Below, one piece after another: positions 28,054-38,330 of a stretch of DNA of 64,000 nt. A program made the translations under genes and the position numbers. The stretch comes from Endomicrobiales bacterium. Lineage in GTDB: Bacteria > Elusimicrobiota > Endomicrobiia > Endomicrobiales > CAWCFT01. The DNA lies in NCBI GenBank assembly GCA_963794945.1, contig CAWCFT010000004.1, positions 352,001 through 416,000 of the forward strand, given 5' to 3'. The first letter of the stretch is position 1, and every line of letters begins with the position of its first letter. The notes under the pieces were generated by a model. The model was not told the origin of the DNA. It saw only the letters and a list, made by a program, of their open reading frames with translations, and searched no databases.

Positions 28054-28827
28054 TTAGCACTTCCACGCCAGCTGGTCGCCCTGGAGCCTTTTTGATATTA
28101 TGCTCGCGTAAACCGAGTATATGCCCACAATGTAAACCGTGTCCAGCGGCGGGTCGAAAGCGATGAACATTGTCGCCATAAAAACATAACTGAACCTGTG
28201 GATTAGGAACAGGAAAAGCACATACCTTACAAACCCGAACGCGATGGAATAGACAAGCACGGTCGCGATAACCGCGTACTGCTCGAATATGTTCGCTGGC
28301 AGAAGGACCAGCGATATGGCCATTACTACGGGGATAATCGCCCATATACCTATCTCGGTGGCAAGGTAGAAGTCTGAAAATCGCAGCACGTTGTAGGGGA
28401 AACTGTCAGGGAACAACAGGAATACCGCAGCCGATACGGCCGTTATCATCAGCACAAAGCTCGCGTACAGCGTGATGGACCTCGGCACTTTTTTTACCTT
28501 GGCCAGCAGCCAAATGCCTGCAACGCACGCCGCGCACAAACCGGCTGAAAACCAGGGTGTCGGGTATTTGCCCATGAAGTCCACAAGGTACATCTTGCCG
28601 AACAGCGAAATCTGCTTTTCCGCTATGTCGGTGTGCACTCCGCTTAGGTAGGTAAAGATGTCTTTAGCGGCGGTGCTTATTAGAAATGTTATGTCGGACG
28701 AGAAGACAATAACGAAAACTATGAACGGAACGCATAGCGCGGCAAACCTCAGAAAATTCCCTATCTTTCCCGGGAAATATATCCTTCGGTACGCCCTGTG
28801 GCAGTATATCTGGCCTTCTTTATTCAT
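28054..28827 (-). CDS. Multi-pass membrane protein of the EPS locus
   Basis: 257 aa with ~6 hydrophobic helices. Confidence 0.75.
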   Translation of the reverse strand: MNKEGQIYCHRAYRRIYFPGKIGNFLRFAALCVPFIVFVIVFSSDITFLISTAAKDIFTYLSGVHTDIAEKQISLFGKMYLVDFMGKYPTPWFSAGLCAACVAGIWLLAKVKKVPRSITLYASFVLMITAVSAAVFLLFPDSFPYNVLRFSDFYLATEIGIWAIIPVVMAISLVLLPANIFEQYAVIATVLVYSIAFGFVRYVLFLFLIHRFSYVFMATMFIAFDPPLDTVYIVGIYSVYASIISKRLQGDQLAWKC

Positions 28828-28841
28828 TGATACCCGTTAGT

Positions 28842-28925
28842 TGTCATTTCGAATCCCGCCTGGGCGGGAGAGAAATCTTTCTGAGCGGCAAGATTCCTCT
28901 CCGCCTCTGGCGGATCGGAATGACA
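28842..28925. repeat. TGTCAT...ATGACA palindromic REP-like element
   Basis: Terminal inverted repeat with nested hairpins. Confidence 0.7.
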
Positions 28926-29010
28926 GGCCCACGTCAGGAATAACCGTTGTCACCCGCGCGCCAAAGTAGTATAATTTGAGACAGTTGAAAAACATCGATT
29001 CCAGCTTTTC

Positions 29011-29080
29011 TGTCATTCCCGAGTGCCTTAATCGGGAATCCATTATCAAATGAATTGTAGATTCCCGCTTTCGCGGGATT
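29011..29080. repeat. TGTCATTCCC...-type palindromic element
   Basis: TGTCATTCCCGA..TCGGGAATC...GATTCCCGC.ttc.GCGGGA. Confidence 0.6.
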
Positions 29081-29101
29081 CAATGATCTCAAGGAGCCAA
29101 C

Positions 29102-29449
29102 ATGTTCTGCCCTAAATGCCGCACCGAATATATTGACGGTTTAAAAACATGCGACGATTGCGGGACGGCGCTGGTGGAAACCCTGCCTGAAGAATGCCGT
29201 AACGAAGAGCTTGATTACCGCAAACTTACTGATGTTTTTACTACCAACAATTCAATTGAAGCGAACTTCATCAAATCCCTTCTTGGCTCCAACAACATCG
29301 AGTGCTTCATCAGCAACGAACACCTTGTCTCTATCAATATTCTTATGAGCCAGGCCGTCCAGATGAAAGTCCTGGTGGCTCCCGAAAACGCGCCCCGCGC
29401 AAAAGAAATAATCACACAGTATTATAAAGACCTGCAGGCCGGGCACTGA
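29102..29449 (+). CDS. Zinc-ribbon + DUF2007-like protein
   Basis: MFCPKC..EY..G...CDDCG..LV; EA..IKSLL..NNIEC; RBS AAGGAG. Confidence 0.85.
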   Translation: MFCPKCRTEYIDGLKTCDDCGTALVETLPEECRNEELDYRKLTDVFTTNNSIEANFIKSLLGSNNIECFISNEHLVSINILMSQAVQMKVLVAPENAPRAKEIITQYYKDLQAGH

Positions 29450-29494
29450 CCATATTTATACGCGTTTTAGCCGTCAAACAAAATACCCCCCACC

Positions 29495-29921
29495 TTATTT
29501 AATTATTGAACTGGATCTTTCAAAAAATTTTGCTGCATGCTTTAGTAAGCCTTCACAGGCTTGTTCTGTCCATCTGTCATAGTAATCAGCATCTTCTCTG
29601 AGATTTTTCGCTTCCTGCAATGCTTCCAATAATTCCGCGGGTATTTTGTTTGTTTTCACATACAATTCTCTTATAGCTGCCGCCAGGCAAAAATGGCTGT
29701 GTTCGCGAAGATTTTCCGCGTACAAAAGCGCCCGCGCGCTATGAAACATTGAATAGTAGGTTTGCACCGTGGCCCATTTATAATCTTTTTCTTCGTAAGT
29801 TTTTTGCGCCCTCTTCAAGTCTGATTCCGCGGTCATCCAGCTCCTTGCGGGCCAATTCCTTTCCTCTTGAAAAAGGCTTAATTTTTCCTCGTTTTAAACA
29901 ATCGTCATACTCAAGGCTCAT
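29495..29921 (-). CDS. HEPN-domain protein (one frameshift near 29835)
   Basis: N-terminus MSLEYDDCLKRGKI in one frame; AESDL..A, YYSMFHSARALL, SH, LREDADY in the next; ATGA overlap with MNT. Confidence 0.8.
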
Positions 29922-30469
29922 CTTTCCTTTTCCTCCGCAAGCGTTATACCTCTTTCTATTTCTTTGTAAAAGACGGGGTTTTTTTCCTTCCATTCCGCAA
30001 GCTCTGCCTGGGTTTTCACTATAACCTGCGTCTTTCGGTTCGACTTATACGAAGACAATATTTTATTAACAGCCTCGTTGTCCCTGGCAAGGACAAAAAG
30101 GTCGATATCGCTGTCAGACATATCCTCGCCGCGGCTGGCGCTGCCAAAAAGGATTATTTTTCTTGATACGGTAATGAGTTTGCTCACAAGGCTTTCCAGG
30201 CTGACCGTGACAAACAGCACCTTAAACTGCTTGGCGATAAAATTATCGTGGTTGAAACTGTAGATCAACAGGTTTCCCCTTGAATGCCTATGGACAAGAT
30301 GCTGTCTCGCCAGGTCTTTCAGCGCCAGATAAACTCCCGGGCGGCTCAGCTTTGTAACAGCCTGTATCTCGCTAGAAATGAAATCTTTCTCGGGGCTTGC
30401 CGCCAGAAATGATAACACCTTAAGCGCGTTAGAAGAATTAAAAACAGTAACCTTTGAAATCCCTTCCAT
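29918..30469 (-). CDS. wHTH + minimal nucleotidyltransferase (MNT antitoxin-like)
   Basis: N-terminal wHTH; ILFGSASRGED..DSDIDL. Confidence 0.88.
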   Translation of the reverse strand: MEGISKVTVFNSSNALKVLSFLAASPEKDFISSEIQAVTKLSRPGVYLALKDLARQHLVHRHSRGNLLIYSFNHDNFIAKQFKVLFVTVSLESLVSKLITVSRKIILFGSASRGEDMSDSDIDLFVLARDNEAVNKILSSYKSNRKTQVIVKTQAELAEWKEKNPVFYKEIERGITLAEEKER

Positions 30470-30480
30470 AAAAACCCCGT

Positions 30481-30553
30481 GTATATTAATTTATACTTAT
30501 GTATAATATATTATACTTGTGTATATTATACTATACAGTAAGTGCCTTGTCAA
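30481..30553 (-). promoter_or_regulatory. Consensus promoter with three tandem palindromic operators
   Basis: TTGACA-17-TATAAT; GTATA-N6-TATAC at 30481, 30501 and 30521. Confidence 0.8.
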
Positions 30554-30562
30554 TGGGCTTAC

Positions 30563-30838
30563 CTAATGAAAAGCACTATTATTATTGTGCCTGAAATGCA
30601 CGAACACCCTGCCGAAATTCTTGTCGTCGTTCTCCAGCCTGTGGTATAGGCATTTTATTTTAGGCTGAGCGAGGAACCGCTGAACGTGCTTCTTTAGCTG
30701 GCCGCTGCCTTTGCCGGTAATTATCTCAACAAGCGGGATGCGCTTACTAACCGCTTCTTCCATAACGCGGTTAAGCTCGCTTTCGATCGCCTGCCCTTTG
30801 TTGAATATCTCATGCAGATCCAGTTTTATTTTTGCCAT
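30563..30838 (-). CDS. Stand-alone Smr domain protein
   Basis: KLDLH, VEIITGKGSGQLK, NFG..FV. Confidence 0.9.
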   Translation of the reverse strand: MAKIKLDLHEIFNKGQAIESELNRVMEEAVSKRIPLVEIITGKGSGQLKKHVQRFLAQPKIKCLYHRLENDDKNFGRVFVHFRHNNNSAFH

Positions 30839-30907
30839 GATTTAGATGTTATCCTCACTTATCATACCAGCCCGGGGTAATGAGTTTGCCTTGTTTTCGG
30901 CAGGCTT

Positions 30908-31513
30908 TTACTGCTTTAGAACCTCATCAACCAGGGCTATGTACTGCTCCTTAGACATCCCATAGCCCTTCAGCACGGGTTCATTAACGGCGTCCATGTT
31001 CTTGTTTTCCAGCGACTGCCTGATTGCCTGAAGCCAGGATTTGTTAGTAGCACCCATAGTTTTGATCTGGTCAGGTGAAGGCAGGGCAGCCGCTGTTGCG
31101 TTAGCGTTCACGGCCTGTCCGCTGCCAGCTACCTCGCCCGCCGCTGCTTTGCCTTTACCCTTTCCAGAGTTGGGCTTCCCTTTCTTCTTGCCGGTCTTGC
31201 CTGCCGCGGCCGGCTTCTTGACTACACCAAGTACCTGATAGCCAGCCTCACCCATGCCTTTAATCCTTACGCCGTATTTGGCATAATCAGGCCCCATCAG
31301 CGGTATCTGTCCCCTCAAATACCTGGCCTTCTTGTCTGCCTCTTCTTTAGTTTTAAAAGGCTTGCCTATCAACGCTGCCTTTTCTTCAGGGCTGCATTTT
31401 AGTCCCTGGTCAACCTGATCCATGATAGACTTGCACTGCGGGTCAAGCTGCTTCTTTGAAACCTGCTTTAAGCTTACAAATCCAACTACGTCCATGCCCT
31501 CCATTTCTCCCAT
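30908..31513 (-). CDS. Hypothetical Lys-rich protein
   Basis: 201-aa ORF with RBS GGAGGG; two domains joined by a K/G/A-rich linker. Confidence 0.7.
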   Translation of the reverse strand: MGEMEGMDVVGFVSLKQVSKKQLDPQCKSIMDQVDQGLKCSPEEKAALIGKPFKTKEEADKKARYLRGQIPLMGPDYAKYGVRIKGMGEAGYQVLGVVKKPAAAGKTGKKKGKPNSGKGKGKAAAGEVAGSGQAVNANATAAALPSPDQIKTMGATNKSWLQAIRQSLENKNMDAVNEPVLKGYGMSKEQYIALVDEVLKQ

Positions 31514-31600
31514 GATGTTCCCTCCAGTCTGGGCTAAACCTGCCCATCATTAATAGCCATAGTAAGTATGAAATTAATTGTACTTTAAATGATTTTTACT

Positions 31601-31695
31601 TTTGTCATGGAATGTGTCATACAACATGTCATTGAACTAGTTATATACTCGTTCTATAACTTGTCATGGAACATGTCATAGAACTTGTTATAATT
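31601..31695. repeat. Eight tandem ~12-bp direct repeats (consensus CWTGTCATRGAA)
   Basis: tttgtcatggaa tgtgtcatacaa catgtcattgaa ctagttatata ctcgttctataa cttgtcatggaa catgtcatagaa cttgttataatt. Confidence 0.75.
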
Positions 31696-31717
31696 TATTT
31701 CAGAACTGCATATCTAA

Positions 31718-31819
31718 TTATTTACTGACCTGTTTTGCTTTTTTTATAAGCCTTTTCTCTTTCAATGTTTTTCCAGCTACCTTTTTTACATCTCTTCTTG
31801 ACTTTTGCTCATGACTCAT
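31718..31819 (-). CDS. 33-aa very basic small protein
   Basis: MSHEQKSRRDVKKVAGKTLKEKRLIKKAKQVSK; RBS AAGGAG; not in ORF track. Confidence 0.65.
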   Translation of the reverse strand: MSHEQKSRRDVKKVAGKTLKEKRLIKKAKQVSK

Positions 31820-32063
31820 GGCTTTCTCCTTTTGTCTTATTTTAAGCTAATGTTAAATATTGTTTTACTTTTAAAGTCTTAATTTAGATTTTTCCGTATT
31901 CTTTCACTTAATGAGCAAGGTGTCTTCGGAATTCTTTAATTCATTAGAGCCGTTACATTTATATTTCATAATTGTAATAGTAACACATAATATTTGCTAC
32001 CGTGATTTACATCGCAGTCTCAACACGATCATATTTTCACAATAGAGTTAAATTTTCATTATT

Positions 32064-32393
32064 TTAGGGCATAAGATCGCCATTTTCATCTAGTTTCCAG
32101 GACGTTTTATTTAGTTCTTTTATTGCTTTTTGATGCTTTTCATTTGTGTATTTCTGAACTTCATTTTTTAAGTTCAATATTTCTATTTGTTGGTTTAGAT
32201 CACGTTTATCATAAAAATCATTCAAATTCTGAAATATAACTAAAAATATCGAAACTACAAGAAAAACAATCCATATTATCCGCTCTGATACTTTTTCAGA
32301 TTTAACAGAAAGAAAAGAAGTAACCAGAATACTTAATATTATCAATATTATATTTATTGCAACGTTCATATCATTTCCAAATCTTCTATGCAC
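32064..32393 (-). CDS. AT-rich hypothetical membrane protein
   Basis: Two TM helices plus coiled-coil; start uncertain. Confidence 0.5.
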   Translation of the reverse strand: MHRRFGNDMNVAINIILIILSILVTSFLSVKSEKVSERIIWIVFLVVSIFLVIFQNLNDFYDKRDLNQQIEILNLKNEVQKYTNEKHQKAIKELNKTSWKLDENGDLMP

Positions 32394-32533
32394 CTTTATC
32401 TAAAAACTTGCACACAACGAAGGAATTCCCAGGCCACAATATTTATCTTTCGTACTTTCTGTCATAATGTATCTTATGTCACATTCAGCTTACTCTGACG
32501 TCAATCAAAAACACCACGGCACGGGGCTTGCAT

Positions 32534-34783
32534 TTACACGCGCGCGAGTATTTTTTCTATGTGTTCAATACTGCTTGACGCGAGCATCTCATCGGCCGCT
32601 GCTTTGGCTTTTATGGAATCTATGTTTGAGATCAGTTTCTGGTTCTCGGCGAAATATATCGGGTTCATGCTCAGGGCGGTTATTCCGATGCCTATCAGGA
32701 AAGGTATATACTGCGCTGTCTGCGCCATGTCGCCGCAAACCGAGACTTCCCTACTGTGCTTAAGTCCTGCCGCCGCAACTTTTTTGATAGCGCGCAGAAC
32801 CGCGGGGTGGTGAGGCACGTAATAATCCGCGACTTCCTCATTAGTGCGGTCGGCCGCGAGCATATATTGGACTAGGTCGTTTGTGCCTATTGAGAAAAAG
32901 TCGGCGGTAGCGGAAAAATCGTCTATGATGTCGATTACCGAAGGGACCTCAACCATTATGCCTATCTTGGGCGCGGCGTTGTGGGGCACTTTCGCCGCGC
33001 GCAGGGAGTCGATGCCCTCGAGCACGATATTCTTGGCTTTTTCGAACTCTTCTATTGAGTACACCATCGGGAACATGATCTTTAAATTCGCGTCCACGCC
33101 TGCCCGGAGCACCGCCTTTATCTGCTGGGAAAATATATCTTTGTGCTTGAGCGAGAACCGTATCGAGCGCATGCCGAGGAAAGGGTTCTCTTTTTTTGCC
33201 GACTGGTAGTACGGCAGGGCCTTGTCGCCGCCGATGTCGAGCGTCCTGAAGGTTATTTCTTTTTTGGGCGAGCCTTCAACGAGCTTGCGGTAGACAAAAT
33301 ACTGCTCTTCTTCGGACGGAAAATTCCTGCGGATGATGAAAGGGAACTCCGAGCGGTAGAGGCCTATGCCGTCGCACGCGAGCTTCTTTATGAAATCGAG
33401 GTCTTTAAGGAGGTTTACGTTCGCGAGAAGGTTTATCCTCACCCCGTCCTTGGTTTTTGTTACCGGCTCCATCTTGATGCTGGCGGAAGAGACGGCCAGC
33501 TGTTTTATCTTGTCCTTGTATTCATCCACAACGAATTTTTCCGGGTTGATAAAAACGTTGCCTAGCTCCGCGTCAACAAGTACCTTTGTGCCGGGCTCGA
33601 TATTGACGATACCGGGCTCGTTTACTATCACAAGCGGTATCTGGAGCGAACGCGCGAGGATGGCCACGTGAGAGGTCACGCCACCCGAATTGAGTATTAT
33701 CCCTCTTATATTCTGCGTGGAAAGCGTCAGTATGTCGGACGGGTACATCTCGCTTGCTACAACCACGGACCTTTTTACACCCGGCAGCTTTATCTCTTTT
33801 TTTACGAGGTTCGAGACTATCCTGGTTACGAGGTCTTCTATGTCCTGCGCTTTTTCTTTCATGTACTCGTCGGCCCCGTTGAGGAACATATCGCGGTATT
33901 TTTTACCGACCGTGATGACCGCCGCGGGCGGGTTGACGCCCTTTGCTATAAGCGCCTCTATCGAACTAAGGACACTTTTATCCTTTATTATCATTATGTG
34001 CGAAGTAAATATCATAGAGGCGGCGTCACTTAACTGGTCGCCGACTTTTTTCTGCATGGTTTCAAGCTGGTTCTCCGTGGCGTCTACGGCGGCATAAAAA
34101 TCTTTCAGTGTGTACCGGCGACTGAACTCCAGTTTTTCTATCCTGCTAAACCCCGCTTCTTTTGTGACTACCGCGGCCGGGCCGTAAGCGTACCCGCGCG
34201 AAGCCGTCCTGCCTTTAAGGAACTTAAATTCAAAGACGGGCTTAGCCGTTTTTATTTCCCTTGCCGCTCCGGTCCTGTTAAACGACATCATGAACCTGGC
34301 GTTCTCTATGAGGCTCGCGAGCTGGGAGGCGATGATCTTTACTGCGAGCAGGTCGTTCTCTTCAAAGCGGTTCTCCTCTGTTCTCTGAAGCATCAGCACG
34401 CCGATCTTCGACGACCCGTTAACTATGGGAACGGACAGGAACGATTTATAAAGCTCTTCATGCGTGCCTTTGAAATACTTGAAGTTCGGATGGCTGAACC
34501 CGTCAATGGTGCAGATGGGCTCGTTGAGGCCTAGGCTTGTGCCGGCTATGCCTTCGCCGAGCTTAAGGCGTATCTTTCCGATAAGACCCGCATCGAAACC
34601 CACGTTCGCGCGCAGGACAAGCTCTTTTTTTTCTTCTTCGTAAAGGTAGATGGAACAGATGTTCGCTTTCATCCTGCGGGCAATGAGCTCAACTATATTA
34701 TTCAAAAGCGTTTCGATAGTGTTCGCGCCTTTAAACACCCAGTCAAGCTCTCCGATGTCGAGTAATAATTTTATGTAATCCAT
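32534..34783 (-). CDS. ptsP: GAF-containing PEP-protein phosphotransferase (EI-Ntr)
   Basis: N-terminal GAF; TSHVAILAR, GLYRSE, RTLDIGGDK, SIGTNDL, VCGD. Confidence 0.93.
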   Translation of the reverse strand: MDYIKLLLDIGELDWVFKGANTIETLLNNIVELIARRMKANICSIYLYEEEKKELVLRANVGFDAGLIGKIRLKLGEGIAGTSLGLNEPICTIDGFSHPNFKYFKGTHEELYKSFLSVPIVNGSSKIGVLMLQRTEENRFEENDLLAVKIIASQLASLIENARFMMSFNRTGAAREIKTAKPVFEFKFLKGRTASRGYAYGPAAVVTKEAGFSRIEKLEFSRRYTLKDFYAAVDATENQLETMQKKVGDQLSDAASMIFTSHIMIIKDKSVLSSIEALIAKGVNPPAAVITVGKKYRDMFLNGADEYMKEKAQDIEDLVTRIVSNLVKKEIKLPGVKRSVVVASEMYPSDILTLSTQNIRGIILNSGGVTSHVAILARSLQIPLVIVNEPGIVNIEPGTKVLVDAELGNVFINPEKFVVDEYKDKIKQLAVSSASIKMEPVTKTKDGVRINLLANVNLLKDLDFIKKLACDGIGLYRSEFPFIIRRNFPSEEEQYFVYRKLVEGSPKKEITFRTLDIGGDKALPYYQSAKKENPFLGMRSIRFSLKHKDIFSQQIKAVLRAGVDANLKIMFPMVYSIEEFEKAKNIVLEGIDSLRAAKVPHNAAPKIGIMVEVPSVIDIIDDFSATADFFSIGTNDLVQYMLAADRTNEEVADYYVPHHPAVLRAIKKVAAAGLKHSREVSVCGDMAQTAQYIPFLIGIGITALSMNPIYFAENQKLISNIDSIKAKAAADEMLASSSIEHIEKILARV

Positions 34784-34887
34784 TTAATTTAACCTCATTC
34801 TATTTTATTATCCGGATTAGTTGTCATATACATGTAAAGGCTGTATCGAGCTCAGATTTTGCCCTTGGTACAGCCGACACATCATTT

Positions 34888-34996
34888 ACTCCCCCCCTCT
34901 TTTGTGCAAAGAGGGGCTGGGAGGAGTTCTTTGATGCTCTCCTGTGTCTCAGTTTATACCCTCCCCTCAATCCCCTCTTTACAAAAGAGGGGAAGC
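34888..34996. repeat. CCCCTC...GAGGGG paired-hairpin REP-like element
   Basis: CCCCTCTTTTGTGCAAAGAGGGG and CCCCTCTTTACAAAAGAGGGG in inverted arrangement. Confidence 0.6.
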
Positions 34997-35063
34997 TTGT
35001 ATTTTACTTCTTCTCTCTGCCCATTGAAATTACTTTTTGAAAAGGCCGTATTGCTGGTAACCG

Positions 35064-35102
35064 CAAAAAAACCACATACGCATAAGCGATGTGGTTTTTT
35101 TG
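35064..35102. terminator. Bidirectional terminator after RND gene
   Basis: CAAAAAAACCACAT...ATGTGGTTTTTTTG. Confidence 0.7.
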
Positions 35103-35184
35103 ATAACTAATATTGTTAGTTTTGCGCACCGGAACCCCTTTTTGCATCCACTTAGGTGTCAGAACTTACTATTTATATTATACA

Positions 35185-38100
35185 TTATTTCTCGCCAAGC
35201 TCTTGCATCGCCAGCTTTACCTCTTCCTGATGATGTTTGCTTTCCAGCCCCGACAGCAGGCTGTAAACGCAGGGCACCACAAACAGTGTAAGAACAGTGG
35301 AGACAATAACTCCGCCTATAACGACTACCGCCATGGGAACGCGCGTTTCGGCTCCGGGCCCGATAGCCATGGCCGCCGGTATAGCGGCAGCGACTGTCGC
35401 GACAGAAGTCATCAGAATGGGCCTGAGCCTCAGCGGGCAGGCCGCTTTTAAAGCTTCTATCGCGTTCATGCCAGTCATCCCTTTTCTGGTTTGTAAAATC
35501 CACAAGAAGGATGGAATTCTTTCTTAACGATGCCCATAAGAAGTATTATGCCTATGGCGCTGTAGATATTTAGCGTTTGGTGCGTAAGGTACAGGGCTAT
35601 GCCCGCGCCCGACACGCTGAACGGCAAAGCTATCAGTACCGTGAACGGATGTATGAAACTGTTGAACTGTGTGCCGAGCACCATGTACGCCACAAAAATA
35701 CCAAGTATAAGAGCGATGTAAAGGCTGCTGAAAGAATCCTGGAAGGTTTGTGCCGCGCCTGAGAAAACTATTTTGTAGCCTTCGGGAAGTATTTTTTTTG
35801 CCAGCTGTTCCACCGCCTGTATGGCCTCGCCCTGCGATTTACCCGGGGCGGCGTTGGCGAACATCCTTATGGCGCGCTCGCGGTTCTCGCGTGTAACCGA
35901 AAGGAGGGCCGGTTTCTGCACCATATCAACTACTTCGGGAAGCTTTATGACTTCACCCCTGTCGTTCTTCACCCATATCTTGCTCAAGTCTTCCACCTGG
36001 TTCATATTATCCGAGACCATCTGCACCCTTATGTCATAGCGCCTGGTTTTGTGCGTGTACTTGCCCACCCTTACGCCGCCTACAAGGCCGTTGATGGTGT
36101 TGCCTATGGTCGTTATGCTTACGCTGTGTTTGGAAGCGTTTGCCCTGTTGGGCACTATCCTTACCTCGGGCATACCCACGTTGTAGTCAGAGTCAATGTC
36201 CACCATCAGGCCGCTTTTTTCCATCTCCTTCCACATCTGGCCGCTGAGCTCCGCGAGCTTGTCCCAGTCAAAGCCTGTTATGGTGAACTCAACAGGGAAA
36301 CCGCGCTTCGCCGTGAACCCGAGAAGAGACGGATCCTGAAGGACCACCTTTGTTACTCCCGGGATAGTTTTTAATTCCTTCCTTAATATAGGCATCAAAG
36401 CTTGAGGCGTGAGCCTGCGGTGCGCCTTATTATCCACGGGGCGCTCGCCTAAAGGCTTGAGGTTCATCATCAGCATGCCGGTGTTGACCTGGCTGCCGCC
36501 CGCGCCGATGTTGTAGAAATAATCGTTAATTTCAGGGTGAGCTTTTATCATCTTACCGGCGGTATCATAAACTGACCTTGTAAAATCAAGCGACGATCCT
36601 ATCTTGGTTTCAAGTTTAAGCATTAGCCTCGCCTGGTCCTGCGGTGGAACGAACTCTTTTTTAACCATGCCGAAAAATATGAGCGACACGGCGAATATCA
36701 AAAACGCGCCGGCAATAACCTTCCACCTGTGGTTCAGGCATAAGGTAAGCAAAGCGGCGTATTTAACACGCAGCCTGTCCATCAAATTGTCCATGAATTT
36801 ACCTATGCCGGAGTTGTGGCCGACTGACAGGTACTGCGAGCAGTACATGGGAGTGAGCGTCAAAGCGCCGAGAAGCGATATAGCCACAGCGACGGATATA
36901 GTCACGCCGAATTGAAGGAAATATTTTCCTATAACACCCTGCATGAATATCACGGGAACGAATATGGCAAGTATCGCGGCGCTGGCGGCGATAGCGGCAA
37001 AGGTAATTTCCCTCGCGCCGATTATGGCCGAACGCAGTTTTGTTTCGCCGTTTTCCCTGTGGCGGGCGATGTTCTCAAGCATCATTATGGCGTCGTCCAC
37101 CACTATGCCTATGACAAGCGAAAGGCCCAGCAGCGTAAAGGCGTTGAGCGTGAACCCGAGCACATAGATAACGAAAAGCGTGCCGCAGATGGACATCGGG
37201 ATAGTCAGGAACACGTTGACCGCCGAACCGAACGAGCCGAGGAACAACCAGCATACTAGAGAGGTCAGAATTATGGACAGTATCATTACAAAATACATAT
37301 CCTTCATTGAATCTTCCACGAAAGTCGAGGCGTCGAACCTCACGCCGAGATGCACGCCTTCGGGAAGGTATTTCTCCAGCTCCTTTATCTTCTTCTTGAT
37401 ATTGTGGGCCACCTCTACCGCGTTCGTGTTGCGCTGTTTTCTTACACCTATGCTTACGGCGTACTCGTCCATCACCTTCGACAGTTGCCTGATGTTGGCG
37501 AGGTCGTCTTGAACAGTAGCCACGTCGCCTATGCGGAATTTTTTCCATAAAAGGGAGTCAACACCGTTCACCCTAGACGGAATGATCAGCGAACTGAACT
37601 CCTCGGGCGTTTTAGCCTCGCCGACGACTCTGACGTTCGTTTCGTTAGGCCCGGAATCTATGTAGCCGGCGGGCAGTTCGGCGTGCTGCGCAAGTATAGC
37701 AGCGCTGACGTCGTCCACCGTCAGCTCGTCTTTTTTCATCTTGTCTGCGTTGAGCCAGACCCTCAGGTTGGGGTCATTGTAGCCGCCGAGCGTTATCTCG
37801 CCAACGTTATGCACCATGGATATCTGGTCTTTGACATAGTCCCTGGTATAATCGACCAGGTACCTCAGCGACTTGTTGGCGGCGGAAACCGTCATCCAGA
37901 TTATGGGGTTGTCTTCGGGGTTGCTCTTTGTTATTATCGGCGGGTCCATATCGGACGGCAAGTTTTTTTGGGCGCGGGCTATACAGCTCTGGACCTGCTG
38001 CAAAGATACGTCGATGTCGCGGCCGAGGTCGAACTGTATCGTTATCTGCGACGTTCCTTCAAGAGTAGTTGAGGTCACTTCCTGTATGCCTTCCACACCC

Positions 38101-38315
38101 ATTATTGTGTCTTCAATGGTATCGGTAATGACTGTTTCCATGACTTCCGGCGCGGCGTTCTGCCACGTTGTGGTGACTGTCAGCACTGGGAAATCAACGT
38201 CCGGCAGCTGGCTTACGCCCAGCCTCAAAAAAGCCACGAGGCCGAATACCACGATGCCGATCAAAAGCATCCACGCGAAAACCGGATTTTTAATAGATGT
38301 GTCTGATAAAGCCAT
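35185..38315 (-). CDS. AcrB/MdtBC-type RND efflux permease (frameshift near 35515)
   Basis: LPDVDFP, GIVVDDAIMMLENI, GIVKK; C-terminal RLRPILMT...PMAVVVIGG in the next minus frame (the ORF track lists that piece as +, but it reads on minus). Confidence 0.92.
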
Positions 38316-38330
38316 GTTCTTCTCCTGTTG

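Noticed and set aside
28837..29049. 70-aa minus ORF
   Set aside because: Translation of palindromic repeat elements.
31601..31695. CRISPR array
   Set aside because: Units are 12 bp, degenerate and contiguous, with no spacers and no cas genes.
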